From assembly GCF_044704955.1 (NCBI RefSeq), contig NC_091995.1:4340001-4404000 (forward strand): 64,000 bases of DNA, given 5' to 3'. Source of the DNA: Pristiophorus japonicus (lineage: Eukaryota). This document shows positions 49,140 to 61,941 of the stretch, one piece after another. Both the position numbers and the translations under genes were made by a program. Numbering within the stretch: the stretch's first letter is position 1; each line of letters starts with the position of its first letter. The notes beneath the pieces were generated by a model that was given only the letters and a program-made list of their open reading frames with translations, ran no database searches and was not told the origin of the DNA.

Positions 49140-52100
49140 GATTGCAAGAGAGATTGAGTACAAAAGCAGGGAGGTCCTGCTGCAACTGTATAGGGTATTG
49201 GTAAGGCCACACCTGGAGTACTGCGTGCAGTTTTGGTCACCTTACTTAAGGAAGGATATACTGGCTTTGGAGGGAGTACAGAGACGATTCACTAGGCTGA
49301 TTCTGGCGATGAGGGGGTTACCTTATGAGGATAGATTGAGTAGACTGGGTCTTTACTCGTTGAAGTTCAGAAGGATGAGGGATGATCTTATAGAAACATT
49401 TAAAATCATGAAAGGGATAGACAAGATAGAGGCAGAGAGGTTGTTTCCACTGGTAGGGGAGACTAGAACTAGGGGGCACAGCCTCAAAATACGGGGGAGC
49501 CAATTTAAAACCGAGTTGAGAAGGAATTTCTTCTCCCAGAGGGTTGTGAATCTGTGGAATTCTCTGCCCAAGGAAGCAGTTGAGGCTAGCTCATTGAATG
49601 CATTCAAGTCACAGATAGATTTTTAACCAATAAGGGAATTAAGGGTTACGGGGAGAGGGCGGGTAAGTGGAGCTGAGTCCACGGCCAGATCAGCCATGAT
49701 CTTATTGAATGGCGGAGCAGGCTCGAGCGGCTAGATGGCCTACTCCTGTTCCCAATTCTTATGTTCTTATGATTAGCAGCTTTGAAAGTGGATAAGTCCC
49801 CAGGTCCAGATGAAATGAATCCCAGGTTGTTACGCGAAGCACAATCCTCTCTGGCTTCAGGTCTGGTGCCAGAGGACTGGAGGACTGCTAATGTGGTACC
49901 TTTGTTTAAGAAGGGAGAAAGGAATAGACCAAGTAATTACAGGTCAGTCAGCCTAACCTCAGTGGTGGGAAAATTATTGAAAAAAATCCAGAAGGACAGG
50001 ATAAATCTTCACTTAGAAAGATTAGTCAAGGACAGTCAGCATGGATTTATTAAGGGAAGGTCGTTTTCTGACTAACTTGATTGAATTTTTCAAGGAGGTA
50101 ACCAGGAGGGTCGATGAAGGGAAAACGTATGATGTAATGTATATGGATTTTAGCAAAGCTTTTGATAAGGTCCCACATGGCAGACTGGTCACGAAAGTAA
50201 AAGCCCATGAGATCCAGGGCAAAGTGGCAAGTTGGATCCAAAATTGGCTCCGAGGCAGGAAGCAAAGGGTAAAGGTTGATGGGTGTTTTTGCAACTGAAG
50301 GATGTTTCCAATGGGGTTCTGCAGGGCTCCTTTGCTTTTTGTGATATACATCAATGATCTAGACTTGAAAATAGGGGGTATGATTAAGAAGTTTGCAGCT
50401 GCTACTAACATCGGCTGTGTGGTTGATAATGAAGAAAGATGCAGACTGCAGGAAGATATCAATCAAGTGGGCAGAACAGTGGCAAATGGAATTCAATCCA
50501 GAGAAGTATGAGGTAATGCATTTGGGGAGGGCTAATAAGGAAAGGGAATACACATTAAATGATAGGATACTGAGAAGTGTAGAGAAACAAAGGGATCTTG
50601 GAGTGCATGTCCACAGACCCCTGAAAGTAGCAGGTCAGGTAGATAGGGTAATTAAGAAGGCATACAGAATGCTTGCCTTTATTAGCTGAGGCATAGAATA
50701 CAAGAGCAGGGGGGTAATGCTTGAACTGTATAAAACACTGGTTAGGCCACAGCTGGAATACTGCATGCAGTTCTGGTTATCGCCTTACAGGAAGCACGTG
50801 ATTGCACTGTAAAGGGAACAGAGGAGGTTTACGAGGATGAGCTATGAGGACAGATTAGATAGACTGGAATTGTTTTCATTGGAACAGAGGAGGCTGAGGG
50901 GAGATTTCATAATTTTATATACCTTAATGAGGGGTCTGGATTTGTGGATAGAAAGAACATAACATAAGAACATAAGAATTAGGAACAGGAGTAGGCCATC
51001 TAGCCCCTCGAGCCTGCTCCCCCATTCAACAAGATCATGGCTGATCTGGCCGTGGACTCTGCTCCACTTACCCGCCCGCTCCCCGTAACCCTTAATTCCC
51101 TTATTGGTTAAAAATCTATCTATCTGTGATTTTAAACAGAGGCGTTATATTAGCTGCTTTCCAATCCGTTGGTACCTCCCCAGAGTCCAGAGAATTTTGG
51201 TAGATTATAACGAATGCATCTGCTATAACTTCCGCCATCTCTTTTAATACCCTGGGATGCATTTCATCCGGACCAGGGGACTTGTCTACCTTGAGTCCCA
51301 TTAGCCTATCCAGCACTACCCCCCTAGTGATAGTGATTGTCTCAAGGGCCTCCCTTCCCACATTCCCGAGACCAGCAATTTTTGGCATGGTTTTTGTCTT
51401 CCACTGTGAAGACCGAAGCAAAATAATTGTTTAAGGTCTCAGCCATTTCCACATTTCCCATTATTAAATCCCCCTTCTCATCTTCTAAGGGACCAACATT
51501 TACTTTGGTCACTCTTTTCTGTTTTATATATCGGTAAAAGCTTTTACTATCTTTTTATGTTTTGTGCAAGTTTACTTTCGTAATCTATCTTTCCTTTCTT
51601 TATTGTTCTTGGTCATTCTTTGCTGTCGTTTAAAATTTTCTCAATCTTCTAGTTTCCCACTAACCTTGGCCACCTTATATGCATTGGTTTTTAATTTAAT
51701 ACTCTCCCTTATTTCCTTGGTTATCCACGGCTGGTTATCCCTTCTCTTACCGCCCTTCTTTTTCACTGGAATATATTTTTGTTGAGCACTATGAAAGAGC
51801 TCCTTAAAAGTCCTCTACTGTTCCTCAATTGTGCCACCATTTAGTCTGTGTTTCCAGTCAACTTTAGCCAACTCTGCCCTCATCCCACTGTAGTCCCCCT
51901 TGTTTAAGCATAGTACGCTCGTTTGAGACACTACTTCCTCACCCTCAATCTGTATTACAAATTCAACCATACTGTGATCACTCATTCCGAGAGGATCTTT
52001 TACTAGGAGATCATTTATTATTCCTGTCTCATTACACAGGACCAGATCTAAGATCGCTTGCTCCCTTGTAGGTTCTGTAACATACTGTTCTAAGAAACAA

Positions 52101-52486
52101 TCCCGTATGCATTCTATGAATTCCTCCTCAAGGCTACCCCGTGCGATTTGATTTGACCAATCGATATGTCGGTTAAAGGACTTATTTCCCTTAGCAGAGG
52201 GGTCAACTACCAGCGGGCATAAATTCAAAGTAATTGGTAGAAGGTTTCGAGGGGATTCGAAGGGAAATTTCTTCACGCAGAGGGTTGTGGTGGTCTGGAA
52301 CTCACAGCCTGAAAGGGTGGTCGAGACAGAAACCCACACCATACTTGGATGTGCACCTGAAGTGCTGTAACCTACAGGGCTATGGACCGAGAGCTGGAAA
52401 GTGGGATTAGGCTGGATAGCCTCTTGTTAGCCGGCATGGACACGATGGGCCGAAAGGGCCAGCTTCTGTCATTCTATGATTCTATG
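49140..52486. mobile_element. Cluster of four CR1 fragments (+49140-49772, +49773-50955, -50956-52177, +52178-52486)
   Basis: RT motifs and 3' tails. The minus copy has its tail joined directly to upstream ORF2 near 51130 (internal deletion). Confidence 0.88.
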
Positions 52487-52742
52487 AAATGAGCAAAGCC
52501 GAAAAGCTTGTCTCTTATCTCAGTCTCTGGAATTCCATGAATTCTCTCAGCTTTTCTCACAGACTGGTTGTCGCTTTGCTAACAAGGCTTGTTAAAGTCT
52601 GCATTTTTAATATTTGGTCAAGCAGGCCCAATGCCTCTGTCTTCCATGTTAAATCTAACTGGGTCCACCCAAGGCATGTTACACTACTTTATAAGCATGA
52701 TTATTTAAGAATCGGCATGCACTGATAACAGTTACAAGGAAC

Positions 52743-53118
52743 GGTAGTATAGTGGTAATATTACTGGACTAGTAATCCAGCAGGTCTGGACTAATGATCA
52801 GGGGACAGGAGTTCATATCCTACCATAGCAGCTGGGAAATTTAAATTCAGTTAAATAAACCTGGAATAAAAAGCTAGTATCAGTAATGGTGACCATGTAA
52901 CTATCGGATTGTCATTAAAAACCCATCTGGTTCACTAATGTCCTTCAGGGAAGGAAATCTGCCGTCCTTACCCGGTCTGGCTCATATGTGACTCCAGACC
53001 CACAGCAATGTGGTTGACTCTGAACTTCCCTCAGACATGGCCGAAAGCCTCTCGAGGATAATTAGGGACGGGCAATAAACACTGGCCTTGCCCACATCCC
53101 ACGAATAAATAAAAAAAT
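52743..53118 (+). mobile_element. tRNA-derived SINE, near full length
   Basis: A-box-like TAGTATAGTGG and B-box-like AGTTCATATCC; tail GGGCAATAAA...CCCACATCCCACGAATAAATAAAAAAA. Confidence 0.8.
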
Positions 53119-53184
53119 ACAAACTTAAACCTACAACTAATAATGCTTATTTCATTTCATCCGTGTTCGCTCGGAGCTCATGGA

Positions 53185-54362
53185 CTTCTTGTCTGAAAGA
53201 TTGGGACCATCCACTCAGCTGCCTCTGCAACTTCCCTTCCTTCCCCTAGCCCACCGGGCCAAACTTCCTCTGAGGCTCCCCCTGCCTTAGCCCTGAACTC
53301 GCATCTTTCTCCAGTTTCTCTCTGATCTCCCCTTGACCACGAGACCCACTTGCTGCTCCCTTGACCCTATTCCCACCCAACTTCCTTTTCTGACTCCCAT
53401 GTTGGCAGACATTGTTAATGGTTCTCTCTCCTCAGGTACTGTCTCCCTCTCCTTCAAATCTGATGTCATGACCCGTCTCCTCAAAAAAAACAACCCTTGA
53501 CCCCTCCGTCCTTGCAAACTACCGCCCCATCTACAACCTCCCTTTCCTCTCCAAAGTGCTTGAACGTTGTCACCTCCCAAATCTGTGCCCACCTTTCCCG
53601 GAACTTCATGTTTGAATCCTTTCAAACTGGATTCTGCCCCTGCCACAGTACCGAAACGGCTCATCAAAGTCACATGATATCCTTTGAGTGTGTGACAATT
53701 GCAAGTGAATCCTTCATGTCCTTCTCGACATGTCTGCAGCCTTTGACATGGTTGACCTCCTCCAATGCCTCCCCGCCATCGTGGATAGGACAGCACTCGC
53801 CTGGTTCCATTCTTATCTATCTAACCGTAGCCAGAATATTACCTGAAATGGCTTCTCTTCCCACATCGTAACCTCTGGTGTCCCCCAAGGATCTATCCTT
53901 AGCCCCCTCCTATTTCTCATTGATGTGCTGCCCCTTGGCGACATCATCCGAAAGCACAGTGTCAGTTTCCACATGTATCCTGATGACACCCAGCTCTACC
54001 TCACCACCACTTCATCCACGGTCTCTAAATTGTCAGACTGCTAGTCCGACCTCCAGTACTGGATGAGCAGAAATTTTCTCCAAATTGCGTTGCCTAGCCA
54101 ACGACTCCATCCCTCTCCCTGGCATCTGTCTGAGGCTGAACCAGACTGTTCGCAACCTAGGTGTCATACTTGACCCAGAAATGAGCTTCCGGCCACATAT
54201 CTGCAGCATAACTAAAACCGCCTATTTCCACTCCGCAACATCGCCCGCCTCCGCCTCTACCTCAGCTCATCTGCTGCTGAAAGTCTCCTCCATGCCTTTG
54301 TTACCTCTAGACTTGACTACTCCAAAGCACTCCTGGCTGGCCTCCCACATTCTACCCTATGT
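53185..54362 (+). mobile_element. L2-clade LINE RT fragment
   Basis: [43 protein letters not shown] and VRNLGVILD motifs. Confidence 0.88.
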
Positions 54363-54622
54363 AGGATTTCTAAATCTCTCTGGGTTTATATTTGATGGTG
54401 AGACGATTCGTTCAAAACAATTGGAAGGGTTTATTAAAAACATACACACATGCACATTAGCAGCAGTGATCAGTTATCTTAAAAAGACACACACATGCAC
54501 ATTATCAACAGTTGTCAATTATGTTATAACAGAACTACAATGAGGTTATAATAACAAGCGATTACTTCCCTTTTGCTGACTGGTTTGGACACACGGCTTG
54601 CTGTTTTAACTGGTCTTCAGGG

Positions 54623-55390
54623 ATTTTTTTTTCAAAAATATACTTTATTCATATAAAATTTTCACAATACATTGGAAAATAGTTCAGTGCCTTGCGGTCA
54701 GCAATTCCATACAATTCGTTTGGAAGCTGACAGCCGTTCCGTACAATGCACTAGTGTGCATTTCATTTCAAGGTGCAGTTTAGTACATTCCGTAAATCAC
54801 GTTACATGTAGTACTGTGCAAATGAGGGTATTACATGGAGCAGAGATGAGAACTGGTTTACATTAGATTCCAGGATACATTTCAGTCCTGATCACAAATC
54901 ACATTACATGTAGCACTAATAAGATGAATGCAGTACACGGACCGGATGGGGGTACATTTACATTTCTTTACGAGTTACTAAACAGTGCAGAGACTTTCAT
55001 TATACATGGCACACACACATGTTTTTCAGCACAGATGTTTTTCAGTACATGGTGCTCTATGTATACAAGCAGTTTAACAAGTACATCTCGAGGGGAGTCT
55101 GATTCCATCCCCTGGGTTTACCATGGCAGAAGGGCCTTAAACTGTGGCTCTTCCCCATCGTGCCTTTGCGGCAACTGCACCAATCTTTAGTGCGTCCCTC
55201 AGCACGTACTCCTGGACCTTGGATTGCGCCAGTCTGCAACACTCGGCCATGGATATCTCCTTGCTCTGGAAGACAAGCAAGTTTCGGGAAGACCAAAGTG
55301 CGTCTTTCACCGAGTTGATGGCCCTCCAGCTGCAGATGATGTCTGTCTCAGTGTGCGTCCCTGGGAACAGTCCGCAGAGCAGAGTTCTGT
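54623..55390 (-). mobile_element. Tx1-like non-LTR 3' fragment
   Basis: ...KDALWSSRNLLVFQ...KARWGRATV*, then 3'UTR, AATAAA (about 54645) and poly(A). Confidence 0.78.
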
Positions 55391-55391
55391 C

Positions 55392-56495
55392 TACATTGAA
55401 AGTTGGCATACAGATACAGCTGGTGGTGAAGAAGGCAAATCGTATGTTGGCCTTCATAGCTAGTGGATTTGAGTATAGGAGCAGGGAGGTCTTACTGCAG
55501 TTGTACAGGCCTCACCTGAAATATTGTGTTCAGTTTTGGTCTCCTAATCTGAGGAAGGACGATCTTGCTATTGAGGGAGTGCAGCGAAGGTTCACCAGAC
55601 TGATTCCCGGGGTGGCTGGACTGACATATGAGGAGAGACTGAATCAACTGGGCCTTTATACATTGGAGTTTAGAAGGATGAGAGGGGATCTCATAGAAAC
55701 ATATAAGATTCTGACGGGACGGGACAGTTTAGATGCGGGTAGAATGTTCCCGATGTTGGGGAAGTCCAGAACCAGGGGACACAGTCTTAGGATAAGGGGT
55801 AGGCTATTTAGGACTGAGATGAGGAGAAATTTCTTCACTCAGTTGTTAACCTGTGGAATACCCTACCGCAGAGAGTTGTTGATGCCAGTTCATTGAATAT
55901 ATTCAAGAGGGAGTTAGATATGGCCCTTGCGTCTAAGGGGATCAAGGGGTCTGGCGAGAAAGCAGGAAAGGGATACTGAGGGAATGATCAGCCATGATCT
56001 TATTGAATGGTGGTGCAGGCTCGAAGGGCCAAATGGCCTACTCCTGCACCTATTTTCTATGTTTCTATGTGCCCGTTTGAGGATACTCTTCAAATTGAAC
56101 CTGTTTTTAGGGATACAGGCACTAGTAGGCACGTCACATAGAAATTAGGTGCAGGATTCGGCCCTTCGAGTCTGCACCGCCATTCAATAGATCTGGCTGA
56201 TCATTCAACCTCAGTACCCCTTTCCTGCTTTCTCTCCATACCCCTTGATCCCTTTGGCCATAAGGGCCATATCTAACTCCCTTTTGAATATATCTAATGA
56301 ACTGGCCTCAACAACTTTCTGTGGCAGAGAATGCCACAGGTTAACCACTCTCTGAGTGAAGAAGTTTCTCCTCATCGGTCCCAAATGGCTTACCCCTTAT
56401 TCTTAGACTGTGACCCCTGGTTCTGGAACTCGCCAGCAACAGGCCTCTAACCTGTCCAATCCCGTCATAATTTTATATGTTTCCACATGTTTCTA
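55392..56495. mobile_element. Two CR1 3' ends tail-to-tail (+55392-56068, -56135-56495)
   Basis: RT C-terminal motifs and tails in opposite orientations. Confidence 0.88.
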
Positions 56496-56989
56496 TTATA
56501 ACATTTCTGTGAAGCACCTTTGGATGTTTTACTACATTAAAGGCGCTATATAAATACAAGTTGTTGCTGTTCTTGTTGCTGAGTATGGAAGGTGTTTAAC
56601 CCCCCAGGTATTTAAACCCCAATTTGTGGTGCATTAAACTGGGAACAGTATTCAGTTGTACATTGAGGCGTCAGTTCCAGATTTTGTTCATTTTATTTTT
56701 TACATTACCACAAAATACCACAGTGCTGAGGCGGGTGGGTGTAATGTGATTTTCAGAAACTGTGACCTCCCTCGCTGGAAGTCCCGGTGTTTTCTGCTGT
56801 TCTCAGATTCTCGTTTCCTCCCCTCGGGGCGGCTCTTTTCTCCTGTTGAGAAACAGGAAATCAGTCAGAAAGGGGGATCTTGGTGAAAGCATCTCTCCCC
56901 CGATCCCCGGCGCATCCCTCCCCTGATCGCCAGCGAGTTTCTCCCCCAATCCCGGGTGAATCTCTCTAACTCTCTGCTTTTTCTCCCAG

Positions 56990-57510
56990 TCTCTGTGATC
57001 CTGGATGTGGAAACAGCGAATCCATATCTTGAGGTGTCTGAGGATCTGAAGAGTGTGAGATGGACCTGGACCAGGAGGAATCTCCCTGACACCAAGAAGA
57101 GGTTTACAGCCCGGCCCTGTGTGCTGGGATCGGACGGATTCACATCGGGGAGACATTACTGGGAAGTGGAGGTGGCAATGAATCGGGGCTGGATTCTGGG
57201 AGTAGCCGCAGAGTCTGTGGAGCGGAAGAGAGGGGTCAGTTTGAGCCCGGAGAATGGATTGTGGACCATCGGGCGGGAGGATGATCGGTTTACTGTAAAC
57301 TCCTCCCGTCCATCCCTTCTCCATGTCAGTAAGATCCCCGGGAAGGTGGGAGTTTATCTCAGTTACGAGTCCGGGACACTTTCATTTTACGCCTTGGACA
57401 CCCGGTCCCATCTCCACACCTTCACTGGGAATAAATTCACGGAGAAACTTTATCCTTTCTTTGGGATTTGGGATGAGCACAAGTGTCTGAGAATCTGCTC
57501 CAGTCTGTAA
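56990..57510 (+). CDS. Orphan B30.2 (PRY/SPRY) exon with intact frame, close paralog of the last exon of the intact TRIM gene
   Basis: Acceptor TTTTTCTCCCAG in phase 1; no stops; GRHYWEVEV and VGVYLSYESG motifs; 3'UTR 57511-57940 homologous to about 29825-30362 inverted, with AATAAA at 57698. No 23-nt or 116-nt linker exons upstream. Confidence 0.7.
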
Positions 57511-60479
57511 AAGGGGCGGGGCCTCAGGCCGGCCCACGACATCCATGACCTCACAATGACTTGACCCCGCACGGATAGGGTCAGGAGCAGAGGTCAGGGA
57601 TCAGTTGTTAGAAAATGTAATTTCCAAATAATGCCTTGTAAAATCCCAATGAGACTGTAAATACAACCGATACAAATATAAAATGTGAGGAGACTCAAAT
57701 AAAAAGTAAAAGCCGACAGCAACTCCATCCCAGCCCTTTCTCATCACTGCCCTGCTCCTTTGTATTAAAAAGCAGGTATAAGTTGTGCTCTGAAAATGAG
57801 CACATGCCTCAGGTATTCAGCACCACACAGCATTGGTGATGAGAAACACACAAACTATCTCTTTTCAAAAAGAGGGGAGTTTGTAAATCTTAAGTTTAAA
57901 AGGCTGCACGTCATTGTAGTGCCGCTTTCAGCCAGGAGATGGTGATGGCGAGCTGAACAAAGCTCTGTAAAGTTTTACAGTGCAATATCACCACCTGCTG
58001 GAGTAAATCAGTACTGCGGACATACCAAAAAATTTAGAAACACTCAACTAACTTAACAATTCAGGTCAGATCTTTCTGCAGAACTGAAAGATAATTGGAT
58101 CAGAAAGAAGGACGTAAACTAAACAGGGGCCTAGAAAGATTAAAGCCCCTGAGTACATAACCTGAGCTGACATTCCAGTGCAACACTGAAACAATCAGAA
58201 GGAAGGAGCTTGCATTCATATCAGTCCTTCAGGATCTCAAGACATCCCAAAACACGTCACAGCGCAGTGAAGTGCAGTCACTGTTATTTAGAGGCACCAT
58301 CTTTAGGTTGAATTGTTGGAGACCCTGTCTGCCTGTTCAACTGGATATTAAAGATCAGGAGACACTATTCAAATAAGGGCAGGCAGTTTACCCATGTCCC
58401 GGCCAACATTCCTTCTGCAATCAGTTGGTGGATCTGGGGGAGTTGGCCAATGGAACTTGCCCTTATTTACAAAGCTGACATGGTAATTTGGTGGGTTTTT
58501 CAGTGAATGGTCTAAAAATTTACAGCTGGATCTCGGTAATTTACAAGAAAGTTGGCAGTCAGGCTGGGTTTAAATAAAACGAATAAATATGATAAGTAGT
58601 TGTTATCTGGATGGCCAGTACCGGATGTAATTTACTGTTCCTGTATTGAGGTCAATTCAGGACACCAGGGGAATGAGTTTCATGTCGGAGACCAGCAGTG
58701 TCAGGTTGCCAACACTTGATTTCAAGGAAATGCATTTTGCATTTAAAATGGAAACATCTTGTGTGCAGACACTGAGACTTGATTATGGAATCAAAATAAA
58801 CCAAAGGTTAAAAAACTCTGTCAGTGTAAGTAAGGGGTGCTGGATTATCCACCCATTTCCACTCTCTATTGGTGGTCCGCTCCATCATTGCATACGGTCG
58901 AGGTTCCATTGTAGTTTATTTCGAGAGAGAGAGATGATTGTGACGTCTCTCTGTGCTGATTGGATCAGTTGCTACTATTTGATTACAGTTTAGAGTTTAG
59001 AATTCCCTGTGTGTGGCCCTGATGGCTCAGTGGGTAAATGCTCAGCCTGGTGTGTGTGGTACTGAGCTGTGCAGAGCTGGGAGGGCCCCAGCCTGTACTG
59101 AATTAACAGAACAATGGTGGGGATACTACGGCTGTCAGAGGGGAGCGAGTTCCACATTCTCATCACTCACTGGGTAAAGCAGTTTTTACTGACTTCCCTA
59201 TTGGATTTATTGATGACTATCTTATATTTATGGCTCCTAATCCTGATCTCCCCCGCAAGTGGAAATATCTCCTATACATCCACCCTAACCTTTCATCATT
59301 TTAAAGACCTCTATCAGGTCACCCCTCCCTCAGCCTTCTCCTTTCTAGATAAAAGAGCCCCAGGCCGGGGACTATCCAGTGACTCCTCTTGCAGGTGAGG
59401 ACACAACTGAGCTCAGCCCTGCTGTTCCCGAGCCTCTAGTTAGTGCCTTCAGGAGGAGAGGCGGGGAAAGTGAGGTCGAGGGACTTCTACAAAGAAAGCC
59501 ACAGTATAAACAGGCTTTGTACTGGCTGTGCTGGTGCTCTGCTTACTGTGCCACGGTGCACGCTGCACTCCACACATGGGGATCTCCCAGTCTGAGCTGT
59601 GCTGCCCTCTAAGCTGGACTGAAATCTCCCTTACAGTCTCCAATGCATTTACAAAGTGTTGTTCTCCGGCAGTTTTAGAAACTACATTTCCTGATTCACC
59701 TCGGAGTCAGGAATGAAAATATTATCAGGAAACTGTGATTTTACAGACCAGCTCTCTGGTATTTTTTATTTGCTTTACTCTTTCTTTCTTTAAACAGGTA
59801 AATGGTAAGGATTTGAAACCCTGCTCCCACTATTGGATCACACTTTATTTTCGCCCATTTACTGAATGTCTCCTTTTGCACATCAATTACTTTCATCATA
59901 ATTGATGTAAATATTGTAAAACAATTTTCTCAATTAAAGTAAACTCGAAATCTATTAACTGACTTTGATAATTGTAATCACCCTGTACATCAATAAAGAG
60001 CCTGTTTTAATCTCCCTCTGGCGTTGTCTGAAGGTTGGTTGAGGTAACACGAATTTTAAAAGGAAGCCATTAGATCAGAGATGTATCTCACACGCATTTT
60101 AAAAGACAGATGAATTCATGTGAACTTCAGCGCAAGGCAAAAACTATTCGTCACCCTGTTTTATGAGGTTACTGACTTTCCCAGATACACAGATGGTGCC
60201 CACATTGCTGGGTAAACCCGTACATTTTACCCCCTTGACACAAAGGGTTTACATTCGCTGAATGATCAGATTGTGTATGACAACATGCAAAGGCTCCATC
60301 CAAGACGCCATCGAATTTCAAGACCCAAATGTTTCCCAGATTTATCTCAACAATCGCCAAAATTATATACAATTGGTGAAAGTATGTTCCAGCTTACAAT
60401 GAAGTAGATTTTAGTCTTTCTTGCCGGGGTGTTGTGTTGCTTGTTAAAACGCACAATGAAAAATGTGATACAGAGGATC

Positions 60480-61121
60480 GTAGGCTGATAACAGAAACCG
60501 CCTGATTTCATCCCATTCATTTCAGTTGAAATGAATTTGTGTTCTGTTACCGGGGTGTGATCCGCTGAGCAGATTTTTTTTTCTGCTCCCCGCTCAGATG
60601 ACCCGGAATATCGGATGGTAAAGACAATCATTCCAATGTTGGATATGATGACTCAAGTGGAACATTTTGCATGATGGCATTGCATAAAAAATCTATGCAA
60701 AAGATTAATTTATTTCAAATCAGCATCGGTCTCTCCTCTGTCCCCCTCCTTTCGTCCCGCCCTTCCCCCACGCTCAGCACAATACCCATTTGTCTCAGTC
60801 TGATCCAAGGTGCAAAGTGCAACGTCATAGACAGTGAATTTAACAGTATTTCATCGAGATGTGAGCAGCACTTCCAGGGATTCAAAAAATGATCTGTGAT
60901 TGGGAACCGGGTTTGGATCCACCCACAGAAACATGAGTCCAGCAGTTTCAATCAGGAAGTACTGACACTGGTCATGTCTTCCAGACAGCTCCTTGACATT
61001 GAGGGCACTTTGAGTTTTAGGGTGAGCGGCTGCAATCATTAACACGATTCAGTTTATGGATCTCTATCTCACACCGTGTGTCACCAGACCGTTTGTAGTC
61101 AGTAACGAGTTGGGTCTGGAG
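60480..61121 (+). promoter_or_regulatory. Inverted duplicate of the TRIM upstream region, including mini-exon 60974-61021
   Basis: Reverse-complement homolog of about 34434-35080; MSSRQLLDIEGTLSFR|GTGAGC; truncated at a hAT-like end. Confidence 0.8.
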
Positions 61122-61941
61122 CAGTGTTGGGCAATATACGTCCCGCGGGCCATATCCCTCCCGCGAAGTCATTCTATCCGGCCCGCTGGACGGGACGAGT
61201 AGTACGCGAGCAGGAGCTTGAGCTGCACATTCGTCTATCCACTTTCACTTCTGATCGGTCAGAGACAGAACCGAACTGGAGCCGAGGAAAAGCCATAGTA
61301 ATACTTAATTCAAATTAATAATTCGCAAAAGCGATTCTCCCTAAACCAATCTGAAAAGGACCGTTCCGCGAGTCTGGGCCCCAATGGCGGATGGACGTAC
61401 CCAGTATGCACGGCGCAGTGGAATATGCCCTATCCATTTTAGAGTGGGGTCATGGCAGCTCATCGCCACAACTCATTTACCGCGCTGCACCTTTCCTCTC
61501 GCTGTATCCAGAGTACGACGGCAGGGGAGTTCTCATCTGGCACCAATTGGGACGGCATTAGTCATCTGTGCAGCGGGACATGAGGATGCCTGAGGTGGGG
61601 AATTGATGCTGACACAGGCTCTAAAGAGGGAATAGTTCTATTTCACAGCACTGAGTTACAGAGACCAGAAGATACCACAACATTTTCAACTTTTATATTT
61701 GATCCATTTCTAAGCAATACCGAACACACGTTGTGTGTGTAAAATAGAACCTGACTACAATCTGAATTTATGTTTATGCAACGTTTATGTTGTGTGCAAT
61801 GTTGGCTCCAATTGTTTTCACTCACGGCCCTTTAAATTTGCTGCCCGTCCGGCCGCGATTGGTGGAAGGTTGGTGGACGGCCCCCAACAACTCACCAAAA
61901 CTTGTTAAGTGCCCTCCAGCCCAAATAATGTCCCAGCCCTG
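61122..61941. mobile_element. hAT-like non-autonomous element
   Basis: Left end CAGTGTTGGGCAA...CCCGCGGGCC...CCGGCCCGC and right end ...CCCAGCCCTG. The 8-bp flanks do not match. Confidence 0.55.

Noticed and set aside
59735-59810. Butyrophilin-type heptad micro-exons
   Set aside because: AG/GT-bounded segments are 12 and 7 nt rather than 21 or 27 nt, with no supporting homology.
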